A DNA stretch of 64,000 bases from Harriotta raleighana (GCA_050575255.1 JBNZDD010013666.1:4252293-4316292), one strand, 5' to 3'. Positions 37,176 to 49,390 are shown, counted from the first letter of the stretch. Notes: generated by a model from the sequence alone, not told the origin. Numbers and translations are program-made.

Positions 37176-38269
37176 TTTATTATTCATTATTATATGAATT
37201 CAGATCTCATGATACACATTATTAAAAAGCTATTGCTCAAATTCATTTCTATCAAGCATTATGTTGAATTAATATATTATTATATACACACACTTATATA
37301 TATAATGCACTTTAATGCGCTGGTTGGTAATGTGAGACGCAGTACTTTGCATGCTCAGGCTGATTCTGGCTCTGCTCACCCGGTGATGGAACTGTTAAGG
37401 GTTTGGGTGCACACTGCCTTTGCCACAGTAAATCACACCACTTCACAATTACCATCTCCTCCCTGTAGCCACCTATGCCCTCAAAGCCCAGGGTCTTCTG
37501 ACTGTGTGTAAACAAACTGTCAGTTGGTATTGCATCAATCAGACTGCGCAGATCGCTGCCCGTTCCTGCCTCTCGTTTTGCTGTGTTCGAATATGCCATT
37601 TCCGAGAAGATGTTATTGTCTGAACCAATGGAAGAGAGAGAGAGAGAGTCCGTGTCTGTCACACGTTGCCTGTTCAAGCAGAGACTAACAATCAGGGCAT
37701 GATATTATCAATCTTGTTGTTATGACATATGCAGAGGTTGCAAACCACCCTCAAGTTTGGCCAAATCAAACGTCTGTTTGTCTTCCTCCCCCCCCCACCC
37801 CGCTCTCTCCCTTTTGTCAGAAACATCTTCAGATGGTTGCAGTTATGTTTCCTTTAAGGGGATTGAAGAGCGCAATCCCGTGACCTGACTAGGTGGAGAA
37901 CATTTCCTCTCATAGATATCACAAAACCTGTTTAATTGAATGGTTCTCTATCCCATTATGAAACCCATCTTAAGTTGAAATGGCCTTAAACCCCTCAATA
38001 CTGTTGGTACATTTTAATACCTGATTAATTAATAAAAATAATGATAATTAAAATATTCTTTCTGTTCTATTCTGATATCTATCTTTCAGGTCCTGGATTC
38101 TGACTAAGGACAGTCTGGTAACTATGGGTACTCCTTGCCTCCCATCCACTGTTGTGGACAGTATAGGGTCAGTGTAGGGTCTGGAGTAAGAATGTTTGAC
38201 AGTCATTAACTTCTACTTGGGAAAATGTGATCAAATCCTAACTGGGAACTTTGGATCCTCTGTTTGTGG

Positions 38270-38710
38270 TGCTGGGTACTGCTATTGGAGGGGAGAAGTG
38301 AAGAGAGTTTCTCCTGGTGTCCTGGCCATCAGCCCCTCAAGTAAAATTGGTTCATTTACATCATGGTTGTTGGTGGGACATTGCTGTGTGTGCAAATTGG
38401 CTGCCATGTTTGCCTACAAAATAATAATAATATTTGCATTTGATGTAGCGCTTTTCACATCTTCTAGACATCTGTGATATTGTCAGACTTCTAGATGTCT
38501 CAAAGCGTATCACAGAACATGCTGTAAAGTGAATTTTAAAGTAATTGTAAAGCAGCCAATTGGGTACAACATGTCCCACAAACAGTTGTGGATTGAAATG
38601 ACCAATTTATTTAGACAGTCACCACATTTTGCAGTGCAGTGTGAAGCACTTTAAGATGTCCTCCTGACGTAAAAGGCACTATAATCAAATGCAAGGATTC
38701 TTCTTATTAT
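38270..38710 (+). mobile_element. Old Deu-domain-like SINE interrupted by a younger minus-strand SINE (38421-38612)
   Basis: ctcctggtgtcctggcc...gtgggacattgctgtgtgtgcaaattggctgcc; the tail resumes at about 38615. Confidence 0.65.
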
Positions 38711-38794
38711 AAACTGTTGTAGTCTCTCCTCTACATTGACACTGGTATCAGAAGCATCTTCAGGTGGATGCAGTTGTGTCTTTGATACTGTTTT

Positions 38795-39145
38795 TTCAAA
38801 TCCGTCCACTCCTCTCCGATCGCCTCTCTCCTCAAACCAGATCCGTTTCCTTCACTCCTCCGGGTGTGGCTTCCTCCTTGACCCCCAAATCCTCCGCTCC
38901 ACCCTCGGCGGCTGTGCCTTTAGCCACTACTCCCCGAGGCTCTGGAACTCCCTTCCTCACTCCTTTCGCCTCGCCCCCTCTCTTCCCAGTTTCAGGTCTC
39001 AGCTAAAGACCTTTCTCTTTGACCGCGCCTTCAGTCACCTTTCTACCCCTGCCCCTGGCTCAGTCCCGGGATCCGTTGTTGTGAAGTGCTCTGAGATGTC
39101 GTCCGGCGCAGAGGGCGCTATATAAATCAAAGTTGTTGTTGTTGT
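38795..39145 (+). mobile_element. L2-clade LINE 3' fragment
   Basis: GCAFSHYSPRLWNSLPHSFRLAPSLPSFRSQLKTFLFDRAF; tail ...gggcgctatataaatcaaa(gtt)n. Confidence 0.9.
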
Positions 39146-39789
39146 TTCTTGCTAATCTCAGACAGCGAAATATGTGGGAAAGATGGGTCGGGGCAGATGG
39201 ATCCAGGCTTTTCCTGTATGCTTTTGTGTAAAACTCATACTTTTTTTTCTCTGCATTCATCTTAGTGACTGGCATCGTAGTGTAACATAATTATTCTTAA
39301 TTTGACTCTCCGTTTGACACCCTCTCTCTGCTGCCAACTGTTCAGTGACCTGACAAGTGTGAAGATCTAAATACAAGGCTGTCACTTAGCATTGTAGCAC
39401 TTACATTTGGGCACTTTCCAGAGGTGCTTTAAAACTTTCGCCTGCTTTCCAGTGACGTGCTTGTTAATCACTCTGCAATTTGTCAAAGGCAAATCCTGCT
39501 GAGCTAAGATTGTTGACTGCATCATGGTGCTCGTGTCTCTCTCTCTCTCTCCTGCGATGATTGTTGGGTGTCATTCTGTGACAAGATTGAACTATTAATG
39601 GCTAGAAAAATGAAACAGAACAAACCGACAGAGTTCAAACACACATTCAGAAAGGAACCATTTCTTTAACTCTTAGGTAATTCATATAATTTCCAGAATT
39701 CCCAAAGTGCTGGATTATTTTTCTTAAACCAGGATGTTAAAATAATTTGTGATTTTAGCATAATAGAGTATTTTGATCCTCAAAATATT

Positions 39790-40003
39790 AATAATAAGAA
39801 GAATACATGCATTTGATATAGCGCTTTTCACATCTTATCAATGTCTCAAAGCATTTCACAGAATTTACTGTAAAGTGAATTGACTGTATATTTCTGGGCG
39901 AAATGCGGCAGTCAATTGCACACAGCAGCGTCCCCACAAACAGTCGTGGATTTATACGACCAATTTTATAATTGTGGGTTTTTTTGGGGACGGATTATTA
40001 TTA
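39790..40003 (-). mobile_element. SINE, 5'-truncated
   Basis: Reverse-complement body and tail. Confidence 0.88.
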
Positions 40004-40132
40004 CGTTACCATAAATATGGTAAACTCACAAATGATTAGACCTGTGCAATTTTTTTTAAAAAGGAAAGTGTAAATCTATTATGACTCTTGATTCCCCCTT
40101 TAACTATTTCCCTCTTCTGTTTTCCTTCCCAG

Positions 40133-40241
40133 GATATCGGAGGATGCCACCGTCACGACAATCGAAGCGTTGAAAGCCCGTATCCGTGAATTGGAACGAC
40201 AGCTGTCTCGCGGGGATCGGTATAAATGTCTTATTTGCATG
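40133..40241 (+). CDS. RNF220: RNF220 coding exon (coiled coil and start of the RING finger)
   Basis: ttcccag|G ATA TCG...; ISEDATVTTIEALKARIRELERQLSRGDRYKCLICM; donor ATG|GTATGT; 109 nt. Confidence 0.97.
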
Positions 40242-40508
40242 GTATGTGTGGCGAGTGCCCTCGCTTTGCTCCACTGTGGAATTGTTAAATATAAAAAAAA
40301 TCCTCACCTCGTCTCTGTCGCTGCTAAACAATCAGTGACTAGCTCAAAGATCTATTTCTTTTCACATCAATTTGGGTGAAAGTATGTTGTTAAGTGAAGG
40401 CAGTGGATGGAGGCCCTTCTTCTCTCCCATTGCTGTTGTGGTCGCAGTATTCTTGAGAGAGTACTTTTTAACACTTTAACAGTGAATACTGTGCAACTGT
40501 GGAGTTGT

Positions 40509-40830
40509 GGAGCTCCTTTAGCACTCGCCTTACAATCGTGAGACCCATATTCCAATCCAGGCAGGTCAGGGCGAAACCTTGGGCAAGTTTCCTTACTCCA
40601 CACACACACATGCACGCGCACATGCCTGATAATAATCCCTTCCAAAAAACAATAATAATAAAATTGGTCATTCCACTCCATGACTGTTTGTGGGGACGCT
40701 GCTGTGCACAATTGGTTGCTGCATTTTGCCCACAAATGTACAGTCAATTCACTTTACAATTCTGTGAAGCGCTTTGAGACATTGATAAAATGTGAAAAGC
40801 GCTGCATCAAATGCAAGGATTATTATTAGT
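40509..40830 (+). mobile_element. Near full-length SINE
   Basis: Head (A box deleted), body and tail. Confidence 0.9.
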
Positions 40831-41079
40831 AGTAGTATTATGAACACTGAGAAATGCTGTATTTCATATGTGTCTTTAACCTGATGAGACTTTAGTGCAA
40901 ATAAGTTGCATATATTGGAAAGCTGGCTTGAGCATTTTCTGTTTGCTGCATCTATTAGTCGGTCAGTCATTCTTGGGTATTTAGAAGCTGTGGTTTGTGA
41001 ATCTGCTTTGCAATATAATTTTGACTACTGCAATCTTAAATGAAGGAGAGAATCAAAACACAATGAGTTTATTCTATTG

Positions 41080-41428
41080 TGGAGGTCCTGTAGCTCAGTG
41101 GTTACAGCACTCGCCTTACAAGTGTGAGACCTGTGTTTGAATCCAGGCAGATCAGGGCGAAACCCTGGGCAAGTTTCCTTGCTCCACACACACACACATA
41201 CACACACATACACGCGCCTAATAATAATCCATTCCAAAAAAACCACAATCATAAAAATTGGTCATTTTAATCCACGACTGTTTGTGGGGACGCTGCTGTG
41301 CGCAATTGGCTGCCGCATTTCACCCACAAGTATACAGCCAATTCACTTTACAGTACATTCTGTGAAACGCTTTGACACGCTGATAAGATGTGAAAAGCGC
41401 TATATCAAATGCTAGGATTATTATTATT
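41080..41428 (+). mobile_element. Full-length SINE
   Basis: Head, (CA)n linker, body and tail. Confidence 0.92.
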
Positions 41429-41429
41429 A

Positions 41430-41812
41430 CCGTAAAACCTTGTTTATCCATGATCTGATCAACCGGATTGCTCGACCCCCTCCCGGGGCAATTGCCCATT
41501 TCAGGAATCGCGAGTTTGCTCACTTTGCGCTTCGTGCAACGCGTGCTCATGCGCACTTAGTAAACTTACGAACTTGGGTTTTTTACCGATCGGTCAAAAA
41601 TGCTGTTTTACCGATTTTTTTTACCGACTGTGCTGGAATGCTTTATTGGTAAGTATATTCTGTTACTATGTAGTGTATTATTAACATGGTATGTCTTAAA
41701 ATAAGTAACATTTTTGTGTTGGGTTTTCAGTAACTTGTCCCCCGTTTATCCGGCACCGTCAATTATTTAGTCGACCCCCCCCCAAGCGGGCAGGATAAAC
41801 AAGGTTTTACTG
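41430..41812. mobile_element. Second Tigger/pogo-like MITE subfamily, inserted at a TA in a SINE tail
   Basis: TA|ccgtaaaaccttgtttatcc ... ggataaacaaggttttactg|TA; the internal sequence differs from 26631-27667. Confidence 0.85.
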
Positions 41813-43176
41813 TATTGTTATTGTTCCTCATTTGTACAATAGGAATTGTCATTATCTCACAGGAGATGTTGCTCAGACTGTTACGTCAGATTATTTACTC
41901 CTTTCTCTTATGCCCGAGATGTTATTGCAGAGGGTAGCCTGGATTTGTTATATCTCTCTCTCTCTCTTATACATAGCAGACTGTCTCTGTTTCACTCTTA
42001 CCAGAAGGAAATAAAACAACAACAGTAAAACAATCACATTTCTGTACCGCCTTTCCCGTCGGGAGACGTCCCAAGGCGTTGAGTTTGGATTTGAGTCGCA
42101 GCTTACTGAAGCTGACTTTAGTCAGGTTGGCTTAGGTTGATAGGTAACATTGTCTTGGTAGCTAACCTGTTACAACCAGCTCAGACACAGTTGATTTCAG
42201 ATGATTTTCCCTGTGGGATGATGACACCTTAAAATTTAAATCAAACTCCCCAGGGTCCTTCCCAGTGTCGTATTGTCATAACCCCTGTCTTTGTTGTGTT
42301 CCGTTATTACACGACTGTTTGACAATGTGAAGGCTGGTTTTTCGAGTCAGCAACCAAGAGTACAACAGCAGGAATGCACAAAAGCAATCGGAATGCGCTT
42401 TTCCCCTCAAAACACCAATAAAAAAAATCTGTTATAAAACAGGTTTTGACTTATTCAGTCACTGTAAAACAGTAGCTAGTGGCAAGAGACGTGACCTATT
42501 GCTTCTAATCTGTGCTGACTATTCCTTACACCGCGTGGGCTCTCTAGATGAGCATTAACAGCATTCCATATATTCCTCCTAAGCATTTTCCTGCTGGAGA
42601 TGTTAAGACGATCTGTGTATAATTCCCGATCTCACTGCTTGGTGGGAATAATTCGAGGAACCTCCCACCTGGAGATAAAACCATGTGTTTTATCTCCATT
42701 AAGAAAATATTTTGCGCGTTTTCAAAAAGGATTGAGATGTAAGCTTGAAAATGTAGACCATCTAACTAACATCTGCAGCAGCAAATTGTTTGAGAGGTCA
42801 GATTAGAAGCAGTCCCTCTCTCAAATAAATAACAGTGGTTTTTTTTTATTGCCACTTGCTATATCATCCAGTGAAAGGAGTTATCGCTTAATGAATAGGC
42901 TCAGGGCACTAGCTTTTCATATCAATAGAACAAAAAGCATTTTATCGATCTCGACAGTTAGTGTCCTTTGTAGCTTGGAGTGGTGGGACACTGGTGTTTC
43001 TACATATGTTATATGCCAGGACACAACTTGCTTTCACTTAGCAAATGTTAAAGCCTTGACTGCTCAGGGTGAGAAATGCTTTAGTGCTGTGACAATGAGG
43101 TACTCAATACTCTTCCCCCCACTCTCTCCCCCAAATCTGCCACATTCTTTACCAGCGCGAATTCTCACTCCATCCA

Positions 43177-43547
43177 GGAGCTCCTGTAGATCAGTGGTTG
43201 GAGAACTCACTCGCCTTACAAGCGTGAGACCTGTGTTCGAATCCAGGCAGATCAGGGCGAAACCTTGAGCAAGTTTCCTTACTCGACACTCACACACACA
43301 CACACACATGCACACACACAGATACACACACAATAATAATCCCTCCAAAAAATTACAATAATAAAAATTGGTCATTTCAATCCATGACTGTTTGTGGGGA
43401 CGCTGCTGTGCGCAATTGGTTGCCGTGTTTCGCTCACAACTACAGTCAATTCACTTTACAGTAAATTCTGTGAAGCGCTTTGAGACGTCTAGAAGATGTG
43501 AAAAGCGCTATATTAAATGCAAGGATTAGTATTATTATTATTATTAT
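43177..43547 (+). mobile_element. Full-length SINE
   Basis: Head, (CA)n linker, body and tail. Confidence 0.92.
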
Positions 43548-43959
43548 AACGTGCACTGGATTGCCATTCTATATGAATGTTTTCCTCCTAGACATTTTTT
43601 CTTTAAACAAAGATGAGCTTCCCTGTTTGATGTTCTGGTTTCTCATTGTGATCTCTGGTTGTTGTGTGGGGTGGGGGGTGGGGTTCTCAAAGCTGCCTAT
43701 TCCGGGAGGCGACTTAAGACGTGGCTCAAAATAGGACCTTATGTAGGAAGATTGAAAGATAACCTGATTGCCCCTAGATCCAAAGAATCAACAGTTGCCC
43801 AGATGATTTTCCCTGTGGGATGACGACAGCAGTAACTGTATCTCTCGGATCATATTCAAATCAATGCTTAACATTCTGCTTTTAATTTTTATCTGAAATA
43901 ATTGTGGGACCGACCCAGTCTGGGCGTACTGTGCTGTATAACATAAAATGAATTGGTGT

Positions 43960-44055
43960 TATCATAGAATCATACAATTTTACAGCACAAAAGGAGGCCA
44001 TTCGGCCCATTGAGTCTGTGCCGGCTCTTTAAAAAGAGCAATTTAATCCCATTCT
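43960..44055 (-). mobile_element. CR1-clade LINE 3' end fragment
   Basis: atcatagaatcata...acagcacaaaaggaggccattcggccca resembles the reverse complement of the (ATTCTATG)n CR1 tail with its GGGCCGAATGGCC hairpin. Confidence 0.7.
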
Positions 44056-44556
44056 TCAGCTCTCTCCCCATAATCACACAAACCTGTCCTCCCCAAATAG
44101 ATGTCTACCTCTCTTTTATCTCATATTCATCTGTAAAGGTACAAGTCAATTCATTTTTTAGTGCCAACTTTATGCGAGTGTTCCAACGGAATTGGGTTGC
44201 ATAGGTTAAAAACAAGACCATGTCTTTAACAATCAATACCTGTATAATTGTACAAATCTGTTAATCATTTAACATTCGGACTTGCCACAAGTCTGTCTTT
44301 AGATTTCATGTGTGCAGCCTTTAACCCTTTTAAAGCGCCAGTCACTTCATTTGCTGAGAATTTTATAATGTTCTGTTCAGTTAGGTCAGGAGCTCCGTAA
44401 TGTGACGCGGTTACATTTAAATCTGTGTGTATGAATGGCCTTTTTCTAGATCACTTCATTGAAAATCATTTGAGTTCCCCAAAAGGTGACATTACACAAA
44501 ATTATCGAATGCTTGTGTTATTTTTCTTGCCTGAGATTTTGAGGTGACCCCGGACA

Positions 44557-44775
44557 GAATAATAATCCCTCCAACAACAAAAAAAATAATAAAACTGGTC
44601 ATTTCAATCCACGACTGTTTGTGGGGACGTTGCTGTGCGCAATTGACTGCTGTGTTTCGCCCACAAATGTACAGTCCATTCACTTTACGGTATATTTTGT
44701 GAAGCGCTTTGAGACACAGTCCAGAAGACGCGAAAAGTGCTATATCAAATGCAAGGATTATTATTATATTATTAT
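44557..44775 (+). mobile_element. SINE 3' two-thirds
   Basis: Body and tail without head. Confidence 0.88.
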
Positions 44776-44818
44776 TCTCTTCATTTACAGTACAATTATT
44801 TTGAAACTTATTGGAGGA

Positions 44819-45106
44819 GGTTAGACAATAGGAGGCTTCAGAATAATTGACATATAAATACATTTCACATATCAATGAGCTTTACTCCCATCTACATTCA
44901 TGATCTCCAAACAACTTGACTTTCTCCTCTGTCCCCAAAAAAACATTCTGTTCCTCACTTACTTCTTAACATTAATTGCTGCAGTGTTAAATGTAACCTG
45001 CGCATGCAATGCTCTCCCAAGTAGTCAGGAAACAAAATTAAGTTTCCTGCACTTACTGTAAATGTATTTATATGTCAATTATTCTGAAGCCCCCTATTGT
45101 CTAACC
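44819..45106. mobile_element. Unclassified element with 47-bp inverted repeats (probable MITE)
   Basis: 44819-44865 is the reverse complement of 45060-45106 with one mismatch. Confidence 0.75.
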
Positions 45107-45114
45107 CCGGTTCA

Positions 45115-45198
45115 GTTTCGCCCGAACCTGCCTGGATTCGAACACAGGTCTCACGCTTGTAAGGCGAGTGCTCTAACCACTGAGTTACAGGAGCTCCA
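45115..45198 (-). mobile_element. SINE tRNA head only
   Basis: Reverse-complement A/B boxes. Confidence 0.88.
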
Positions 45199-46650
45199 CA
45201 ATGTTCATTGTGAAGATGCAACTGTTTGCTGGGTACAGTTGCACAACCAATCTCCAGGTCTCACACGCAAGTAAGCATTATCCACCTGCGAGCCTGGACA
45301 GTGGGCGGTGAGGAGCTGTGCGGAGGCGCTGGCACCAGAACACAATTTACACACCGCAATTTCACACAGGCCTTGGCCTTTCCTAACTGAGTTATCGAGG
45401 AAGCTTTTTTTATGCAAATGCAAACATGCAAATACTCCCGTAGTTGTTTTGTTTGGTGAACTCCACCGATTGTGCATTCCTCCTCTCCAATCTGATATAT
45501 TAAAGTTGCTTTTGAAACAGTATCGGTTGTGCCCTTATATTACTGTTCGACTAAAACCCGACCAGAGGCCTTTGAACGTAAAAGGAAATTCAGATTGATT
45601 GCAGCAACAAATCATAAGGTGTCAAATGACCATTGTTGAGGCAGTTGAGGATTACATCATGGCTTCTAGTCAATTCAGTAACCTGTTTATTACCTCCACA
45701 CTAACTTTTACAAGATGATAAATGCTTTTTTGTTTTCCAATTGTATTTTAACATTTGAATTTAAACTAAGTGACAGGAAACATTCCCGGGTGGACGTAAT
45801 GCATTACTCAGTGTCATTATGGCATTTTCCAATATAAGAGATCTGTTTTACTTTAGAATGTCACCAATTTAGTGTCCACATGCATGTAGAAATTTCACTT
45901 GAATGCAAACCTAAGCAGAGAAGAAATTCTCCTGAAATGCGTATTTGAAACCATACACAATTTAATTAAATGTTCCATCAAGGCTTCTTGCTTGATTTCA
46001 CCAAGAATGTTAGAAACCATGTTATCTGCTGCCTTCCTTAATGACGCAGTGGTCTTGCTCTGTATTTCAAAACGCTTGAAAATCATCTTTTCATTTCTGA
46101 AGATACTGAAAGCCTTCATTGGGGTTTACAGGAATTCCTGTACTTCCCTTACAAGGTGCATGTGATTTGTAACATTTGAATTTAGAGAAAGGAGTTCATT
46201 TTCATGAATTTCATTCAATGCTCATTAGATGCAAGTCGGGTAGAGAAGGAAAAATCGCAAAGGTTCTGGGTTTGGTAAAGTTCATAAAAATATTCTAAGT
46301 CTTTTTCCATGACAGAAATACTCTTACACTCACTGTTAAGTATACTTATTACATGTAGGTACGTACCTCTGTATACATACATTGTAAGATGCTACAGTTA
46401 CCCTTGAATACAGAGCAAATTTTCCGTTAAGAAGCATTAAGTGCTGTATTTGATTTTATATTTGAAAACAACACCACACATACACGGATATACACACACA
46501 CCCATCACTGTGATCAGCCGGGTATTATATTATTATATTAAAGGTGTTATACAAAAGTAATTTTGTTGTTCTTATATTTTTATTATGTTATATATTATAT
46601 TATTTTATAATTATATTATGTTGCAATATATTATTACATTATTATTGCTG

Positions 46651-46955
46651 TGGAGTCCTATAGCTCAGTGGTTAGAGCACTCGCCTTACAATTGAGAGAC
46701 CTGGGTTTGATTCCAGGCAGGGGGTGAAACCTTGGACAAGTTTTCTTACTCCACTATTATGCCATATAATAATCCCCCCATCAAAAAACTATAATAATTT
46801 GGTCACTCAATCCACAACTATTCTGCGCAATTGGCTGCTGTGTTTCGCCCACAAATATAGAGTCAATTCACTTTTCAGTATATTTTATGAAACGCTTTTG
46901 AGACATCTAGAAGACGTGAAAAGCGCTATATCAAATGTGAGACTTATTATTATTA
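46651..46955 (+). mobile_element. Full-length SINE, diverged
   Basis: Head, body and tail. Confidence 0.88.
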
Positions 46956-48329
46956 CATGCACTTCTTTAATCAGAGAGCAGACAGACATTGCCCATGAAA
47001 ATGATGCAGTGGTTTCCCCCAAGCTGTCGATACTCAATAGGCCTATTTAGAGTGTGACTGGGAGCTGGATTATGCTCAGTCTCACTCCGCACAATTACCT
47101 GTGGTGGAAGCACTTCTGGTTAGTCTCATTGCAATTATGTAGGTAAAATAATACTGTCCTTTCCGCAGACTCTCCCTGGTTATCGAACAAATAATTTGCT
47201 TGTGAAGAGGCGTCTTGTGCAAAATCACTTCTTTTTGGTGTCTCAGCTCCTCCTAGTGGCGGAGAAATGTGTGTGTAAAATTCAGCTGGTACAGGAATGT
47301 TTGAAACAACAAATAGTACTGGACTCGACGTACATCTGGTGAAGAATTAGATGGACAATTGTAAGGATAGCAATCTTATTATATTCGGTGAAATATGTTA
47401 GGCTCATGGGATGTTGTTTGTGGAATAGAATTGGCCGCAGTTGAATAGTACAGATTGTAATTTTAGACAGATGATTTGGAGGGTTTTTTTGTGTGTGGTT
47501 ACCTCTAACGGCATGTTTGTTTCTTCGTGTGAAGTGTTGAGCTCTCTCTGTCTTTTTTGGAGGTTTTACAAGTGAGTATTTACGCCCTTCGGGAGACTAA
47601 GTAAATGAGGTAAATCCGATTGGTGTAGCAACTTGCCAAAATCTTATGATAAATTGTTTCTTCTGAAAGATCGCTAATGGTGTAAGGCTGTTTGTTTCTA
47701 GGTTTTTAAAAAAAAACTTGCGCAAAAATGTTTTTCACAGACCAACATTTTCTTTTGGCTTTCTTCCATTCAGAACTTGATTTGTGTAAAATGTTCTACT
47801 CTAATTTGCCTCTTTTTAAAAATGGAATATTGTTTCATGAAACACTTCTTAAAAAAATCCCTTTTTTCTCTCCCTCTTCCCCTCTTCTCCACATGCACAC
47901 ACACACACACTCTGTAAAGACTAGTTAATTATATTTGAGCCTATATTGAGATATTAGGAAACCAGCAATCCCAAAGGTAGTGATTTTAGATGGATGTCAC
48001 TGTAACAGAGGATAATGGCTACTGCAATAGAAGTGAATGAATTCAAATTGCTTCCTGGATCAAGTGTGTGCTCAGTTCCCATAATCCAAGTGCTAACTGT
48101 TTTAACCTGTAGCCTAATGGGTCAGTTTAAATGAAGGCGCTTTGTTCTTTGTTTGCCTTCGGCCCAAACAAGGGATCCTCAGGAACACAGTGGTACATTT
48201 ATGAATTGTTTTAAGAATAGTCACTGTGCATACATTACTGGCTTTATTTATTTCTCAAATGAGAATGACAGATCAAATGGTCAACACAAAATGTTATGTC
48301 AATTAGCTGCTCACAGCCTCGAATCTTAA

Positions 48330-48550
48330 GGAACATAAGAGAACATGACAAACGCTGGATGAAAAAACACTTGAGATCCATCTAGTTTGCCTTCCACCTT
48401 CCCAGCGTTCACATACACATATGTCCCAACTTGCCTATCATCTCCAATGCAGAGAACGTACCTTATCAGTAGTGTTATCTTTGGGGGAAATGTCGGTACA
48501 GACTAGATGGGCCAAATGGCCTCCTTTTGTGCAATTTAATAAAATTCTAG
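48330..48550. mobile_element. CR1-type 3' end fragments
   Basis: actagatgggccaaatggcctccttttgtgc (+, about 48502) and gaacataagagaacat... (-, about 48330). Confidence 0.5.
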
Positions 48551-49213
48551 GATTCTTTGAAATACAATTTTTAGCTCCTTTTATTTTAGTCACGTCTTCA
48601 AAAAGTATCTGGTTGTGTGCAAAAGGAGCTGATAACCAATTTGTATTTTAACTTGCAAATCTGAAGCACTTTGAGACGTCTCGAAGACGTGATAAGACGC
48701 TATATCAAACGCAAGTAATCTTATTGTTATAACTTGGAACAGTCAGGAACAGCGAAGTGTTAGAATATCACACCTGTTTTTTACAACTTCACGTACTTTT
48801 TCATTATATTTTTCATCTTTTGACATCAGAGTGACTTACCTTTCACACAGGATTCCTAGAAACAGTTGCTTGTACAAATGTACCTTTGTATTTGCACAAA
48901 AATATTCAGAAACATCCCAACCGCAGAAGAAAAATTTGAATGGAATCATTTTGCCATAATGCAGGCTGACCAAAAAACAGTGATATCTACCCCATTATCT
49001 TTTTTAAAAAAAGCACAAAAAATATCATCATTTCATTTTAAAACTTATCAGACATTGTGATGGTATCATGACTCGTTGGTCACCAAAATATATATATATA
49101 ATATATATATCTAATATACGAAAGCATTCCTGAATCTGTAACTAGTTCTGAATTTTTTTTAAAGCTTTCTTCAAAATTATTTATTTTTAAAAAAACACTC
49201 TTGTTTTGCTTAG

Positions 49214-49288
49214 GACTCCTACTCGATGCCCCTCACATCAATTCAATGTTGGCACGTCCATTGTGAGGAATGCTGGCTGAGAACACTG
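49214..49288 (+). CDS. RNF220: RNF220 coding exon (RING finger core)
   Basis: gcttag|GAC TCC...; DSYSMPLTSIQCWHVHCEECWLRTL; donor CTG|GTAAGA; 75 nt. Confidence 0.98.
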
Positions 49289-49317
49289 GTAAGAATCTCC
49301 TTCCATTTCTTCATTTC

Positions 49318-49390
49318 CTTTCTCTCTCTCTCTCTCTCACTCCCTCCCTCTCCTTCTCCCTCTCCCTTTCTCTCTATCGCTCTCTTTTTC
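49318..49390 (+). repeat. (CT)n-rich low-complexity tract
   Basis: Seen directly. Confidence 0.9.

Noticed and set aside
46520-46645. Very AT-rich tract
   Set aside because: Degenerate (TAT)n low-complexity sequence next to a SINE.
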